NCBI GenBank assembly: GCA_024225395.1
Contig: JAAEMR010000159.1
Location: forward strand, 811 to 64,810
Direction: 5' to 3'
DNA: 64,000 nt
From: Gammaproteobacteria bacterium
Lineage (GTDB): Bacteria; Pseudomonadota; Gammaproteobacteria; GCA-001735895
The notes below the pieces were generated by a model that had not been told where the DNA came from, did no database searches, and saw only the letters and a program-made list of their open reading frames with translations. Positions 19,218 to 29,958 of the stretch are shown here, piece after piece (within the stretch, counting starts at the first letter, position 1; each line of letters starts with the position of its first letter). Made by a program: the position numbers and the translations under genes.

Positions 19218-20666
19218 TTAAAATCGTGCTGCATTCACCAGAAAGTGAACATAGATACTGGCTACATAACCCAGAGCAATAACCGGCATCCATTTTAGGT
19301 GACCAAAGAAAGTGTAATAACCTCTGGCCTGTCCCATCAACGCAACACCCGCTGCAGATCCAATAGATAACATGCTACCACCGACCCCGGCAGTTAAAGT
19401 TGCCAGCAACCACTGGCCCTGGGACATGTCAGGGTTCATGGTCAAAACGGCAAACATTACCGGAATATTATCCACAATCGCCGATAACACGCCGACCAGA
19501 ATATTAGCCGTTGTTGCACCCAGACCGTTGTACATAAATTCTGAAGCCATCGCCAGATAGCCAATCAGGCCCAGTCCTCCGACACACAATATAACCCCAT
19601 AAAAGAAAAATAATGTATCCCATTCGGCTCTTTTTACTTTATTAAAAATGTCGTAGTTATCATCAAAAGACGTATCATTAAAACTCTCAATATTCTTCAG
19701 TAAGGTTCCATTTTCCAGTCGGGAATCAGACTTTTCATTATGCCTTTTTTTCAGGTAATAAGCATAAAACATCAAATAACTTAACCCGGTCATCATGCCG
19801 GCAACCGGAGGCAGGTGCACAAAGTTATGAAAACTAACTGCGGTGATAATAGTAAGAATAAATAACCCGACAACCACCATTGCTCCTTTTTTCACTTCTA
19901 CTCTTTCATCCTTAGCATCAGGTTTATCTGTGGAGACAGCAAATGACATGATGGCAGCAGGTATCACATAATTAACTACCGAAGGAATAAACAGGGAAAA
20001 GAAAGTCCAGAAATCGACAATACCTTTCTGCCAGACCATCAATGTCGTGATGTCTCCGAATGGACTGAAAGCACCACCGGCATTGGCGGCGACCACGATA
20101 TTGATACAGGCCAGCAGGATAAACTTTTTATTATCACCACCCACCGATAAAACTACGGCACACATTAACAATGCAGTGGTCAGATTATCGGCTATAGGTG
20201 ACAGGAAGAAAGCAATGATGCCGGTTATCCAGAATAGCTGGCGCAGGGAGAAACCTTTCCTTACCAGCCAGGATTTTAATGCATCAAATACCAGTCGCTC
20301 TTCCATTGCGTTGATGTAAGTCATCGCGACCAGCAGGAACAGAAACAACTCTCCATATTCCAGGATATTATGCCTGATAGCGGCTTCAGCCGTATGCGTA
20401 TCACCATGCTGGGTATACACATAAGCCACTAACAACCAGATTAGTCCAGCGGCCAGAATAACGGGTTTTGATTTACGCAAATGCATAAATTCTTCGGCCA
20501 TCACCAGCATGTAGGCCAGTACAAAAATAACTATCGCGGTATAACCAACCCAGTGCTGGGTCAAATCCAGAGATTGTCCAGCAGTGGAAGCAAAACCGCT
20601 CATCGGGAATAGCAACCCGATAGCGAAAACAAACAATATATTTAATGGGTTATTTTTGAAATTCAT
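19218..20666 (-). CDS. nhaD: NhaD/ArsB-superfamily Na+/H+ antiporter
   Basis: 482-aa polytopic membrane protein with ion-transporter-superfamily repeats. Assignment to NhaD is by overall similarity only. Confidence 0.55.
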   Translation of the reverse strand: MNFKNNPLNILFVFAIGLLFPMSGFASTAGQSLDLTQHWVGYTAIVIFVLAYMLVMAEEFMHLRKSKPVILAAGLIWLLVAYVYTQHGDTHTAEAAIRHNILEYGELFLFLLVAMTYINAMEERLVFDALKSWLVRKGFSLRQLFWITGIIAFFLSPIADNLTTALLMCAVVLSVGGDNKKFILLACINIVVAANAGGAFSPFGDITTLMVWQKGIVDFWTFFSLFIPSVVNYVIPAAIMSFAVSTDKPDAKDERVEVKKGAMVVVGLFILTIITAVSFHNFVHLPPVAGMMTGLSYLMFYAYYLKKRHNEKSDSRLENGTLLKNIESFNDTSFDDNYDIFNKVKRAEWDTLFFFYGVILCVGGLGLIGYLAMASEFMYNGLGATTANILVGVLSAIVDNIPVMFAVLTMNPDMSQGQWLLATLTAGVGGSMLSIGSAAGVALMGQARGYYTFFGHLKWMPVIALGYVASIYVHFLVNAARF

Positions 20667-20776
20667 TAGATCTCCTATTAGTGATCCAGAGTCACTTATT
20701 TTTTTTTAAAAGATAACGTATATGTGTATCAGAAAATTAATTTTTTTCTTAACTATTTAACCACTCAGGTCACTTA

Positions 20777-21736
20777 TCAGTCTAATACTTGACTAGCCTG
20801 TAAATCAGCATGATACGACGATCGCACCATCGGACCACTGGCCACCTGATCAAAACCCAGCTCATAAGCCAGCTTTTCCAAGTGTTTAAATTCGTCAGGC
20901 GTTACAAATCGATCCACAGCCAGGTGATCTCGACTCGGTTGCAGGTATTGCCCCAGTGTAAGCATATTAACTTTATGATCTCTTAAGTCACGCAACACCT
21001 GTTCAATTTCATCCATTTCTTCACCCAGACCCACCATGATTCCTGACTTGGTCGGTACATCCGGGTGTAGCTGTTTAAACTTTTTCAGCAGATCCAGTGA
21101 CCACAAATAATCGGCACCCGGACGAATTTTTTTATACAGCCTCGGAACAGATTCAAGATTATGATTAAAAACATCCGCTGGAGATTGCTTCATGATATCC
21201 AGCGCTATGTCCATGCGACCACGAAAATCAGGAGTCAGTATTTCTATTTTTGTACCGGGATTGAGGCGACGAGTTTCATCGATACAGTCTACAAAATGCT
21301 GTGCACCGCCATCACGTAAATCATCGCGATCAACAGAGGTAATCACCACATAGCGCAGTTTCATGTTCTGAATTGTTTTTGCAACATTGTAAGGCTCATC
21401 TTCATCCAGCGGATTGGGGCGTCCATGCCCGACATCACAAAAAGGACAACGACGAGTACAGATGTCACCCATAATCATGAAAGTTGCCGTACCCTTTGAA
21501 AAGCATTCCCCCAGATTGGGACAGGCCGCTTCTTCACACACGGTCACAATACTGTTTTCGCGTAAGGTATTTTTCAGCTGCTTAACCAGATCACTGGTCG
21601 GTGCTTTAGCTCTAATCCATGAAGGCTTTCTCTGAACAGTAGCACTGGGAACAACTTTGATTGGAATGCGCGCAACCTTATCGGCACCCTTAAGTTTGAT
21701 GCCTTGCTCAACTTTATTTTTATTACTCATAACCAA
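20777..21736 (-). CDS. lipA: lipoyl synthase
   Basis: [12 protein letters not shown] and [10 protein letters not shown] cluster motifs, downstream of lipB. Confidence 0.9.
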   Translation of the reverse strand: MVMSNKNKVEQGIKLKGADKVARIPIKVVPSATVQRKPSWIRAKAPTSDLVKQLKNTLRENSIVTVCEEAACPNLGECFSKGTATFMIMGDICTRRCPFCDVGHGRPNPLDEDEPYNVAKTIQNMKLRYVVITSVDRDDLRDGGAQHFVDCIDETRRLNPGTKIEILTPDFRGRMDIALDIMKQSPADVFNHNLESVPRLYKKIRPGADYLWSLDLLKKFKQLHPDVPTKSGIMVGLGEEMDEIEQVLRDLRDHKVNMLTLGQYLQPSRDHLAVDRFVTPDEFKHLEKLAYELGFDQVASGPMVRSSYHADLQASQVLD

Positions 21737-22343
21737 TTGTGTTAATTAATAGTGAACAGAGCTGTTGTGACACCTGCTCAGTAGAAAATTCTGCGACATG
21801 ATCAGATAATCTGGTCACTTCGAGGCCTTTAAAGCCACAGGGATTTATGCCCGAAAATGGTGATAAATCCAAATCCAGGTTCAAACTCAACCCGTGATAG
21901 CTACAGCCTTTACGAATACGTAACCCCAGCGCGGCAATTTTAGCATGCCCGACATAAACACCGGGAGCTTCTTTTTTAGCATAGGCATCAACATTATAAA
22001 TTTTCAGCAGATTAACAAGAGCCTGCTCAATATGGGTGACCAGCTGTCGAATACCAATACCCAGCCTGTTTAAATCCAGCAAACAATAAATAACCAGCTG
22101 TCCGGGGCCATGATAAGTAACCTGACCACCACGATCGACCTGTATTACCGGAATACTGGATGTTGATAACAAATGTTCTTCTCGGCCATTCAGACCCTGG
22201 GTATAAACTGGAAAGTGCTCAGTCACCCACAGCTCGTCATCAGTATTTCCATCACGCACGGAGGTAAACTGTTTCATCGACTGCCACACGGGCTCGTAGT
22301 CAGTTTGACCGAGTTCTTTGATGACGGGTAACTTAACCGGCAT
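21723..22343 (-). CDS. lipB: octanoyltransferase (lipoyl(octanoyl) transferase)
   Basis: 206 aa with a LipB-family core (...[14 protein letters not shown]...). Overlaps lipA by 14 nt. Confidence 0.85.
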   Translation of the reverse strand: MPVKLPVIKELGQTDYEPVWQSMKQFTSVRDGNTDDELWVTEHFPVYTQGLNGREEHLLSTSSIPVIQVDRGGQVTYHGPGQLVIYCLLDLNRLGIGIRQLVTHIEQALVNLLKIYNVDAYAKKEAPGVYVGHAKIAALGLRIRKGCSYHGLSLNLDLDLSPFSGINPCGFKGLEVTRLSDHVAEFSTEQVSQQLCSLLINTIGYE

Positions 22344-22351
22344 ACAATTTT

Positions 22352-22639
22352 TTACAGGGACATGACCACATGTTCAGAGTCAGTCAGTGACTGGTAGATA
22401 GCATCCATCTGAGCACGGCTTTGGGCAGTAAAAGTAACAGTCAAAGATTGATACTTTCCTTTTTTGCTTTCATTTTTTTTCACCTGGAACCGGGTAGACG
22501 GTGGGCAATGAACACTGACCAGCTCAATCACAATTTGCTCAAATTCAGGTTTACTCAGACCAAATACCTTGAGTGGAAATTCACAGGGGAATTCCATGAC
22601 CTCATTAATGGCTTGCTCGCCCTGGTTTAGATCAGACAT
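22352..22639 (-). CDS. ybeD: UPF0250/DUF493 protein YbeD
   Basis: 95 aa, in the conserved dacA-ybeD-lipB position. Confidence 0.7.
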   Translation of the reverse strand: MSDLNQGEQAINEVMEFPCEFPLKVFGLSKPEFEQIVIELVSVHCPPSTRFQVKKNESKKGKYQSLTVTFTAQSRAQMDAIYQSLTDSEHVVMSL

Positions 22640-22641
22640 CT

Positions 22642-23502
22642 TTAAGCACGCATTACAGACTGTTTAAACTGCTGGTATAACTCAATTAACTGCAGCCATT
22701 TAGGACCGGGGACACCGTTACCTACCTTGTGTTGATTGAGTGTAGTAACAGGCACGATTTCTTTCGTTGAAGAGGTAATCCAGATTTCATCCGCATCGTG
22801 TAACTCATCTTCAGTAATCACTATTTCTCTCGCAACAATTTTGTGCTCATTACAGATTTGCAGTATCACTTCCCGGGTAATACCTCCCAGCATATGCCGG
22901 CTGACGGGTGGCGTGCGGATGATATCGTCCTTAACAATAAACAGATTACTGGCTGAACCTTCTACCGCAAATCCATCACGGATTAATATAGATTCAACAG
23001 CATTCTGGTCAGCCGCAGTCTGCTTTAGCAAAACGTTCGGCAATAGATTTATCGACTTGATAAAACAATCAGCCCAGCGGTTATCATCCTGGGTAATTGC
23101 TTTGATACCGGGTGTATTTATATTCTGGTCAGCGAATGTAAGTGGCTGGCACATCATCAATATTGTGGATTGCATATCTCTGGAAAAAACATGATCCCTT
23201 TTTTGCATGACGCCACGGGTCAGTTGCAGGTAAATCATCGCATCCTGATCAGGTGTATTTTTTTCAATTAAATGATCCATTATCTGTTGCCATTCTGCAG
23301 TTTCTAATGGATTTTTTATTTCGATAGCGTCCAGGCTACGCTGCAGCCGGTTCAAATGTCCCTGCACTGCAAAAGTTTTTCCCGAGTAAACTGGAATCAC
23401 TTCATAAACACCGTCTCCGAACATGAAACCTCGGTCAAGCACTGACACACTGGCTTTATCGGCAGCAACATACTCTCCATTTAGATAAACAACATTAGAC
23501 AT
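22642..23502 (-). CDS. dat: class IV (D-amino-acid / branched-chain) aminotransferase
   Basis: 286-aa fold-type IV PLP enzyme (...FMFGDGVYEV...). It is shorter than IlvE and sits among cell-wall genes, which favours a D-alanine aminotransferase. Confidence 0.7.
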   Translation of the reverse strand: MSNVVYLNGEYVAADKASVSVLDRGFMFGDGVYEVIPVYSGKTFAVQGHLNRLQRSLDAIEIKNPLETAEWQQIMDHLIEKNTPDQDAMIYLQLTRGVMQKRDHVFSRDMQSTILMMCQPLTFADQNINTPGIKAITQDDNRWADCFIKSINLLPNVLLKQTAADQNAVESILIRDGFAVEGSASNLFIVKDDIIRTPPVSRHMLGGITREVILQICNEHKIVAREIVITEDELHDADEIWITSSTKEIVPVTTLNQHKVGNGVPGPKWLQLIELYQQFKQSVMRA

Positions 23503-23525
23503 GACTTTCTCCTTTACCTGTGACC

Positions 23526-24662
23526 TTATTCAAACAACATCTTAATGCTATCCATGGCTTTTTTAACGAGTCCACCGTCATTGATAGCCTGCATCGCAAC
23601 CAACGGTTGTGAAACAATAACAACATCATCCAGTTTGACGACTAAACGACCTAATTCCTGACCAAATGCTACAGGTGCTGTTATTTCAGGGTCAATCTCT
23701 ACAGATGCATCCAGCTCTTTGTAGCGTCCTCTGGCAATCGTGACAAAAACATCCCGCTGCACACCAAGTGATACCTGATCCTGTTCACCAAACCAGACCT
23801 TAGCAGTTTTAAGTGTTTCTTTAGCCTTATACAGACGATTGGATTCATAGAAACGGAATCCATAATTTAACAAGGTCTGGCTATTTCGTGTTCGAGCCTT
23901 ATCTGATTTGGTGCCCAATACCACGGAAATCAGGCGCATATTATCTTTTTCTGCAGAGCTGGCCAGGCAGTAGCCCGCTGCTTCTGTATGACCCGTTTTT
24001 AAGCCATCGACAGAACTGTCGCGCCACAACAGGCGGTTTCGATTAAACTGTCTTATTTCGTTAAAGGTATATTCTTTTACGCTGTATAAACGATAGGATT
24101 CAGGGTAATCACGAATGATCGCCTGGCTCAATATCGCAATATCCCGAGCCGTACTATAGTGTTCCTTGTGCGGCCAGCCGGTTGAATTTTTAAACTGACT
24201 ATTGTCCATACCTAACAGCTTTGCCTGGTGGTTCATATATTCTGCAAATGCTTTTTCAGTGCCCGCCACATGCTCGGCCAGTGCCACTGTTGCATCATTT
24301 CCCGATTGAATAATCATACCCTCGATCAATTTTTCAACAGACACCTGTTTACCCACTTCAACAAACATCTTGGAGCCTTTCATGCGCCAGGCTTTTTCAC
24401 TGATAGTAACTTCATCGGTAAGACTGATATCACCGGCTTCCAGTGCTTTATCGACCAGGTAAGCCGTCATCAATTTAGTAATACTGGCAGGTTCAACTTT
24501 TTTATCCGGATCTTTCTCTGCCAGAATTTTACCACTTTTAAAATCCATCAAAATAAAACTGCTCGCAGCAATTTCCGGTACTTTGGGAATAGGTTTAGCA
24601 GCTGCAAATAACTGCTGGTTAAGCAGTAACAGGAATAGAACAGAGAAAAAGCGTAGTAACAT
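23526..24662 (-). CDS. dacA: D-alanyl-D-alanine carboxypeptidase (PBP5/6 family)
   Basis: 378 aa: signal peptide, SITKLMT (SxxK) active site, SGN motif. Confidence 0.8.
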   Translation of the reverse strand: MLLRFFSVLFLLLLNQQLFAAAKPIPKVPEIAASSFILMDFKSGKILAEKDPDKKVEPASITKLMTAYLVDKALEAGDISLTDEVTISEKAWRMKGSKMFVEVGKQVSVEKLIEGMIIQSGNDATVALAEHVAGTEKAFAEYMNHQAKLLGMDNSQFKNSTGWPHKEHYSTARDIAILSQAIIRDYPESYRLYSVKEYTFNEIRQFNRNRLLWRDSSVDGLKTGHTEAAGYCLASSAEKDNMRLISVVLGTKSDKARTRNSQTLLNYGFRFYESNRLYKAKETLKTAKVWFGEQDQVSLGVQRDVFVTIARGRYKELDASVEIDPEITAPVAFGQELGRLVVKLDDVVIVSQPLVAMQAINDGGLVKKAMDSIKMLFE

Positions 24663-24776
24663 AGAAATAACTAAATTAAGGAATGAGATAAAACTGAGTG
24701 GGATTGTACATTAGCTGGGTAGTAAAAGAATACCTTAAAGCACTATGGATAAGGGATAAACTTAAGGAATCGTGGA

Positions 24777-25586
24777 TTAAGATTCATCCTCTATCACAAT
24801 CCGTGCATTTCTATATCCCTTTCTTTTGAGCCTGTTCTGTATGGAACTAGCCTCACTCAAATCAAGCAATGGACCAACCAAGACTCTATAAAAATCTCCC
24901 TGCGCTGTTTTCACCGGTTTAATCACAACTGCCGTTTCTTTTTTTACTTTCAGTTCTCTGGATAATTTATGCGCGTTATTTTCACTGCTGAATGAGCCCA
25001 GCTGAATAAACATATTTGCCTGTTCCTGGGCAGGAGTTTTGAGGGGAATAGCCCTTACTGACGAGCGTGAAACTTTTTTAGATGAATCTAGTGCGACAAT
25101 TTCAACTTTGGCAGTTCCCGGGCCGACCACGCCCAGCTTTTTGGCAGCCGCATACGATAGATCAATGATGCGATCATGAGCAAAGGGTCCACGATCATTC
25201 ACCAGCACTATGGCTGTTTTTCCATTAGTCACGTTTTTAACTTTGACGTATACCGGAATCGGTAAAGTTTTATGCGCCGCTGTCATGGCATGCATATTGT
25301 AGGTTTCACCGCTTGAAGTTCGCTTACCATGAAAATTTGGGCCATACCAGGAAGCGACCCCTTTCTGCGTAAACCCTTTAGCTGAATCCATGACGTAGTA
25401 ACGCTTACCCATCACGATATAAGAAGAAGGATTCCCGTATTTTGATTTCTTTAGAGCCGCCCCGGTTTTATCAGCTTTCTGCCCTCCCATTGGAATGCCA
25501 AAAGTACAGGCCGATAAAAACAAAACGATAAAACAACCGGGAACCAGGCGCATCAAAATACTGTTTTTGTAGCTCAGCCAATTCAT
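24777..25586 (-). CDS. rlpA: septal ring lytic transglycosylase RlpA (DPBB domain plus C-terminal SPOR domain)
   Basis: 269-aa lipoprotein-type N-terminus with DPBB core (...GKRTSSGE...) and a SPOR-like C-terminus. Confidence 0.75.
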   Translation of the reverse strand: MNWLSYKNSILMRLVPGCFIVLFLSACTFGIPMGGQKADKTGAALKKSKYGNPSSYIVMGKRYYVMDSAKGFTQKGVASWYGPNFHGKRTSSGETYNMHAMTAAHKTLPIPVYVKVKNVTNGKTAIVLVNDRGPFAHDRIIDLSYAAAKKLGVVGPGTAKVEIVALDSSKKVSRSSVRAIPLKTPAQEQANMFIQLGSFSSENNAHKLSRELKVKKETAVVIKPVKTAQGDFYRVLVGPLLDLSEASSIQNRLKRKGYRNARIVIEDES

Positions 25587-25626
25587 TAAAAACTTCTTGC
25601 CATTCGTGACTTAGTGGTGAAATTTA

Positions 25627-26625
25627 TTACAGCTTCATCCCGGACTTAATTTTCTGGCTGAGCTGGTACACCGCCATGGCGTACATTTCACTGTGATTAT
25701 ACCGGGTAATAACGTAAAAGTTTTTCAATCCCGCCCAGTAGTCTGCCGATTTTTTCTGCTGTAATTTAATCAGCGCAACGGGCGTTTCATCAGACAGAGA
25801 AGATTGAGTGTTAAGACCTGAGGCTTTGAATGTTCCCCAGGTTTGAGAAGGCTTCACACCCACTGTCAAAGCGGAAACTTTATTCTGTTTTGACAGTGTT
25901 AAAGGGTGTGTCACTGCTTCACCCGGTTTCCAGCCGTGAGCCGTGAAGTAATTCGCCACACTGCCCAGGATATCGGGCAAACTATCAAATAAATCGGCCT
26001 TTCCATCACCGTCAAAATCAACCGAATAATGCCGGTAGCTTGATGAGATAAATTGAGGCATACCCATTGCACCCGCATAAGAGCCTTTTACTTCACGCAC
26101 TTTAAAGTTTTGCCTGGCTGACAGTATTAAAAATTCCTCAAGTTCTCTGGTGAAAAACTTTGCCCGTTTAGGATAATCGAAAGCAAATGTCACCAGCGTA
26201 TCAAAAACGGGAGACTTACCTTTATAAATGCCGTAAAACGTTTCCACACCCACTATGGCCACGACTATTTCAGCAGGTACTTTATATTTTTGCTCAACCT
26301 GTTCCAGTAATTTTTGATTTTTCTTCCAGAACGCTATGCCTTTATTAATTCTTTTATCGGTGATAAATATTTTACGGTACTGGTGCCATTCCAGCTTCTT
26401 TTCAGCCGGTTTATTCATTCTTTCAAATAAATGTGTTTGTTGTTTAGCCTTTGAAAACAGGTCAACCAGCTGCTGCTCTGAGTAATCACTTTTTTTAGCC
26501 ACTGACTCTATAAACGCTTCCACATCTTCACGATATTTATAGTCTCCTTCATTCAGCTTTACCGCCTGCACTGGCAAAGATAACAAGCAAACAACTGGAA
26601 CAGAAAATTTAAACCATTTATTCAT
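25627..26625 (-). CDS. mltB: lytic murein transglycosylase B
   Basis: 332 aa with the MltB/Slt35 family pattern (...YAGAMGMPQF...). Confidence 0.75.
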   Translation of the reverse strand: MNKWFKFSVPVVCLLSLPVQAVKLNEGDYKYREDVEAFIESVAKKSDYSEQQLVDLFSKAKQQTHLFERMNKPAEKKLEWHQYRKIFITDKRINKGIAFWKKNQKLLEQVEQKYKVPAEIVVAIVGVETFYGIYKGKSPVFDTLVTFAFDYPKRAKFFTRELEEFLILSARQNFKVREVKGSYAGAMGMPQFISSSYRHYSVDFDGDGKADLFDSLPDILGSVANYFTAHGWKPGEAVTHPLTLSKQNKVSALTVGVKPSQTWGTFKASGLNTQSSLSDETPVALIKLQQKKSADYWAGLKNFYVITRYNHSEMYAMAVYQLSQKIKSGMKL

Positions 26626-26629
26626 TTTT

Positions 26630-27751
26630 TTACCTTAAAAATCTTTTAGATGAGCCTATTGCCATTATCATGCCAAAACCAACCATTAATGTAACCATGG
26701 ATGTACCTCCATAACTCACGAGAGGAAGGGGCACACCAACGACAGGCAATAACCCCGACACCATACCTGTATTGACAAATAAATAGACAAAGAATGTCAG
26801 GCTTAGTGCCCCGGCCAGTAATCGTCCATAAGTATCTTTAGAAACAGCAGCAATATACAGGCCACGATAAATAATTAACAGGTATAAAAATACCAGTAAT
26901 ACTGCACCAAAAAAGCCGAATTCTTCACCAAACACTGCAAATATAAAATCGGTCGATCGTTCTGGAAGAAAATCCAGTTGTGACTGGGTCCCATTCAACC
27001 AGCCTTTACCATAGATGCCACCCGATCCAATGGCTATTTTCGACTGAATAATATGATAACCCGAGCCCAACGGGTCATTTTCAGGGTTCAGCATGGTAAG
27101 TATTCGTCCACGCTGATAGTCATGTAAAGCAAACTTCCATAACAACGGTGCCATCAATGATACCAGCAAGCCTAATATCATAAATATTTTCCAGCGTACC
27201 CCAGCCAGAAACAACACGAAGAAACCCGCACTACCGACCAGTAAAGAGGTGCCCAAATCTGGCTGCCTGGCAATTAATAACACCGGAACAAGCACCAGCA
27301 CGGCAGATACCAGTAAATCTTTCCAGCCCACCGGTAAAACTTTATCTGACAAATAAGAAGCGACCATCATCGGCATCGCCAGCTTCATGAACTCTGATGG
27401 CTGAAAACGAATAAACCCTAAATCCAGCCAGCGCTGAGCACCTTTTCCAATTTCACCAAAAGCAATGACAGCAACCAGCAACAGCAAGCCCCCCAGGTAA
27501 AAACCTAAAGAGAGTTTTTTTAAAACTCTAAGGGAGATATTGGCCACAACCACCAGCAGAAAAGTCGCCAGACCCAGGCGAGTGAGCTGCCGAATCATTA
27601 AATCCATGTTGCTACCACCGGCACTAAACAATACCAGCAACCCGAAAGATGCCAGAATAAACAACAACAGCATCAAGGTGGGATCCAGCCTGAAAGCATC
27701 GAGTATCCGCCGCGACATGGAGAGCTGATCACCTTCCATCACAAGACTCAC
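26630..27751 (-). CDS. mrdB: rod shape-determining protein RodA (SEDS family)
   Basis: 373-aa FtsW/RodA-family membrane protein, immediately downstream of mrdA and overlapping it by 4 nt. Confidence 0.85.
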   Translation of the reverse strand: MSLVMEGDQLSMSRRILDAFRLDPTLMLLLFILASFGLLVLFSAGGSNMDLMIRQLTRLGLATFLLVVVANISLRVLKKLSLGFYLGGLLLLVAVIAFGEIGKGAQRWLDLGFIRFQPSEFMKLAMPMMVASYLSDKVLPVGWKDLLVSAVLVLVPVLLIARQPDLGTSLLVGSAGFFVLFLAGVRWKIFMILGLLVSLMAPLLWKFALHDYQRGRILTMLNPENDPLGSGYHIIQSKIAIGSGGIYGKGWLNGTQSQLDFLPERSTDFIFAVFGEEFGFFGAVLLVFLYLLIIYRGLYIAAVSKDTYGRLLAGALSLTFFVYLFVNTGMVSGLLPVVGVPLPLVSYGGTSMVTLMVGFGMIMAIGSSKRFLR

Positions 27752-29631
27752 AACTTTTTCTCCTGCTCAGTTTTTTCTGCAAGAAGATCGTTCGACAGTA
27801 AATAGGCATCCATGATTTTACGCGCAATAGGAGCTGCCACAGAGCTGCCATGCCCACCATTTTCGACAATAACCGCCACTGCTATCAAAGGATTCTCTAC
27901 CGGTGCAAACGCCATAAACAAAGCATGATCACGTAATTTTTTACTCACATTCTCTTCCTCATACTCTTCATCCTGAGCGATACCGAATACCTGAGCAGTT
28001 CCGGTTTTTCCGGCAATAGTATAACTTAAATTCTTTGCTATCCGATGTGCCGTACCGCGAATTCCATGCACTACATTTTTCATTCCTTTGACCACATGCT
28101 GCCAGTTAATTTCTTTTTTAACTTCATAAACGCCTGATATTTCGGGCTTTATATTTAAATCGTCAATACCACCCGGATACTCAATCTTTTTAACCAGATG
28201 AGGCTTGAAGCGTGTTCCTTTTAGAGCCAGGGCACCCGTTCCACTCGCCAGTTGCAATGGAGTCACCAGCAATGCACCCTGACCAATACCGGTAATCAGG
28301 GTTTCTCCCGGAAACCAGGGCATTCCCCTGGCGCGTCGCTTCCATTCCCGTGAAGGCATCAATCCCGGTTGTTCACCGGTACTGTCAATACCGGTGCGAC
28401 TACCAAAACCAAACTGTTTCATGAATTCAGACATTCGATCAATGCCCAGACTATAAGCCAGATCATAAAAATAGACGTCACAGGATTGGGTAATAGCCTT
28501 ATTCAAATCTGTTTTCCCATGCCCTGTTTTTTTCCAGTCACGATATTTCCGCTCTTCGTTTGGTAGCAGGTAATAACCACCACAGTAAGTTGTATGCTTA
28601 TGACCCACCACACTGTATTCAAGGCCTGCCAGCCCGAAAAAGGGTTTGGTTGTCGAACCAGGAGGGTATTGCCCCGTCAGTGCACGATTAAATAAAGGCC
28701 GTTTCCATGAATCGCGTAGCTCACTATAGTTTTTAAAGCTTATACCGTTAACAAACAGGTTAGGATCAAAACTGGGCATGCTCACCAGCGCCAGCACTTC
28801 TCCATTATTTGGATCCAGCGCTACCACAGAACCGCGATTATCTTTGAATAAGTCCTCAGCTAACTGCTGTAATTTTGAGTCAATCGTTAAATACAGGTTA
28901 TGACCGGATACCGGTGGACTCTCATCCAGCACCCTTAATGTTCTGCCAGACGCATTGACTTCTACCCGCTGAAAACCTACATCACCATGCAGGTCATCTT
29001 CATAAAATTTTTCCAGACCCAACTTTCCGATATAACTGGTTCCAGCATAGTCAGCTTCATCCAGTTGATTCAAATCTTTTACATCGATACGCCCTACATA
29101 CCCCAGCGCATGCACCGCATGTTTTCCCAGTGGATAATTCCTGGTTAATCGGGCATTTATCTCCACCCCTTCAAATTTATGCAAATTAACTGCAAGGCGG
29201 GCCAGTTCTTCATCAGTTAAATTAAGCAGCAACGGCACACTTTCATAAGGACGGCGACGACGAGAAGACTGACGGTATTTTTTTATCGCATAATCTGAAA
29301 TTTCAACATATTCTGATAAATGCTTAATAGTATCGTCAATATCAGAAACCTGTTCACGAATAATTTCCAGACGATACGCAGGTAAGTTATCCGCCAGCAC
29401 CACACCATTTCGATCATAGATTAGCCCGCGAGTGGGAGGCAATGCTTTGAGACTGACTCGATTAGAGTTAGACAGTGTAGAAAAATGTTCATGTTCGACA
29501 ACCTGCAAAACATACAGACGCCCGAGCACAATAAACATTAAAATCAGCACGATGACTGCCGAAAGAATCAAACGGCGTTGTATCAACCGCGTCTCGGAGA
29601 AATTATCTTTTAAATGTTCACGATAGGCCAT
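27748..29631 (-). CDS. mrdA: penicillin-binding protein 2 (peptidoglycan D,D-transpeptidase)
   Basis: 627 aa: N-terminal TM, PBP dimerisation domain, transpeptidase motifs (STTKP / SxN / KTGT). Confidence 0.85.
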   Translation of the reverse strand: MAYREHLKDNFSETRLIQRRLILSAVIVLILMFIVLGRLYVLQVVEHEHFSTLSNSNRVSLKALPPTRGLIYDRNGVVLADNLPAYRLEIIREQVSDIDDTIKHLSEYVEISDYAIKKYRQSSRRRRPYESVPLLLNLTDEELARLAVNLHKFEGVEINARLTRNYPLGKHAVHALGYVGRIDVKDLNQLDEADYAGTSYIGKLGLEKFYEDDLHGDVGFQRVEVNASGRTLRVLDESPPVSGHNLYLTIDSKLQQLAEDLFKDNRGSVVALDPNNGEVLALVSMPSFDPNLFVNGISFKNYSELRDSWKRPLFNRALTGQYPPGSTTKPFFGLAGLEYSVVGHKHTTYCGGYYLLPNEERKYRDWKKTGHGKTDLNKAITQSCDVYFYDLAYSLGIDRMSEFMKQFGFGSRTGIDSTGEQPGLMPSREWKRRARGMPWFPGETLITGIGQGALLVTPLQLASGTGALALKGTRFKPHLVKKIEYPGGIDDLNIKPEISGVYEVKKEINWQHVVKGMKNVVHGIRGTAHRIAKNLSYTIAGKTGTAQVFGIAQDEEYEEENVSKKLRDHALFMAFAPVENPLIAVAVIVENGGHGSSVAAPIARKIMDAYLLSNDLLAEKTEQEKKL

Positions 29632-29767
29632 CAGCGCGTAATGCCCGGCAGGTATGTCATCAAGGGAAAATTTTAGAGTTTATTGCAGACGCTATTAGAA
29701 CATTGAAATGAAATTTTTCAAATCAAAAATATAAATCTGACCAGTCAAATTTCACTCTTAGTTTTGT

Positions 29768-29896
29768 TTGCACCACGAAGAGCACGAAGTACACGAAGAT
29801 TTTTTTGTAACCATTTACTCGCCTCTTACCCCGGATAGACAGTTAACACTTTACTTCATATATAAATGTTTTTTTCTCCGTGTGCTTCGTGGTAAA
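29768..29896. repeat. CACGAAG-heptad inverted-repeat element, copy 2
   Basis: CACCACGAAGAGCACGAAGTACACGAAG ... CGTGTGCTTCGTGGTAAA. Located between mrdA and hppA. Confidence 0.55.
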
Positions 29897-29908
29897 TTTT
29901 TTACAAGC

Positions 29909-29940
29909 AAAAAAAAACCTGCACAAGGCAGGTTTTTTTA
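29909..29940. terminator. bidirectional intrinsic terminator (A-run / CCTGC-ACAAG-GCAGG / T-run)
   Basis: AAAAAAAAACCTGCACAAGGCAGGTTTTTTT, immediately 3' of hppA (minus strand). Confidence 0.5.
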
Positions 29941-29958
29941 TTTCTATGTAACGAAGTA

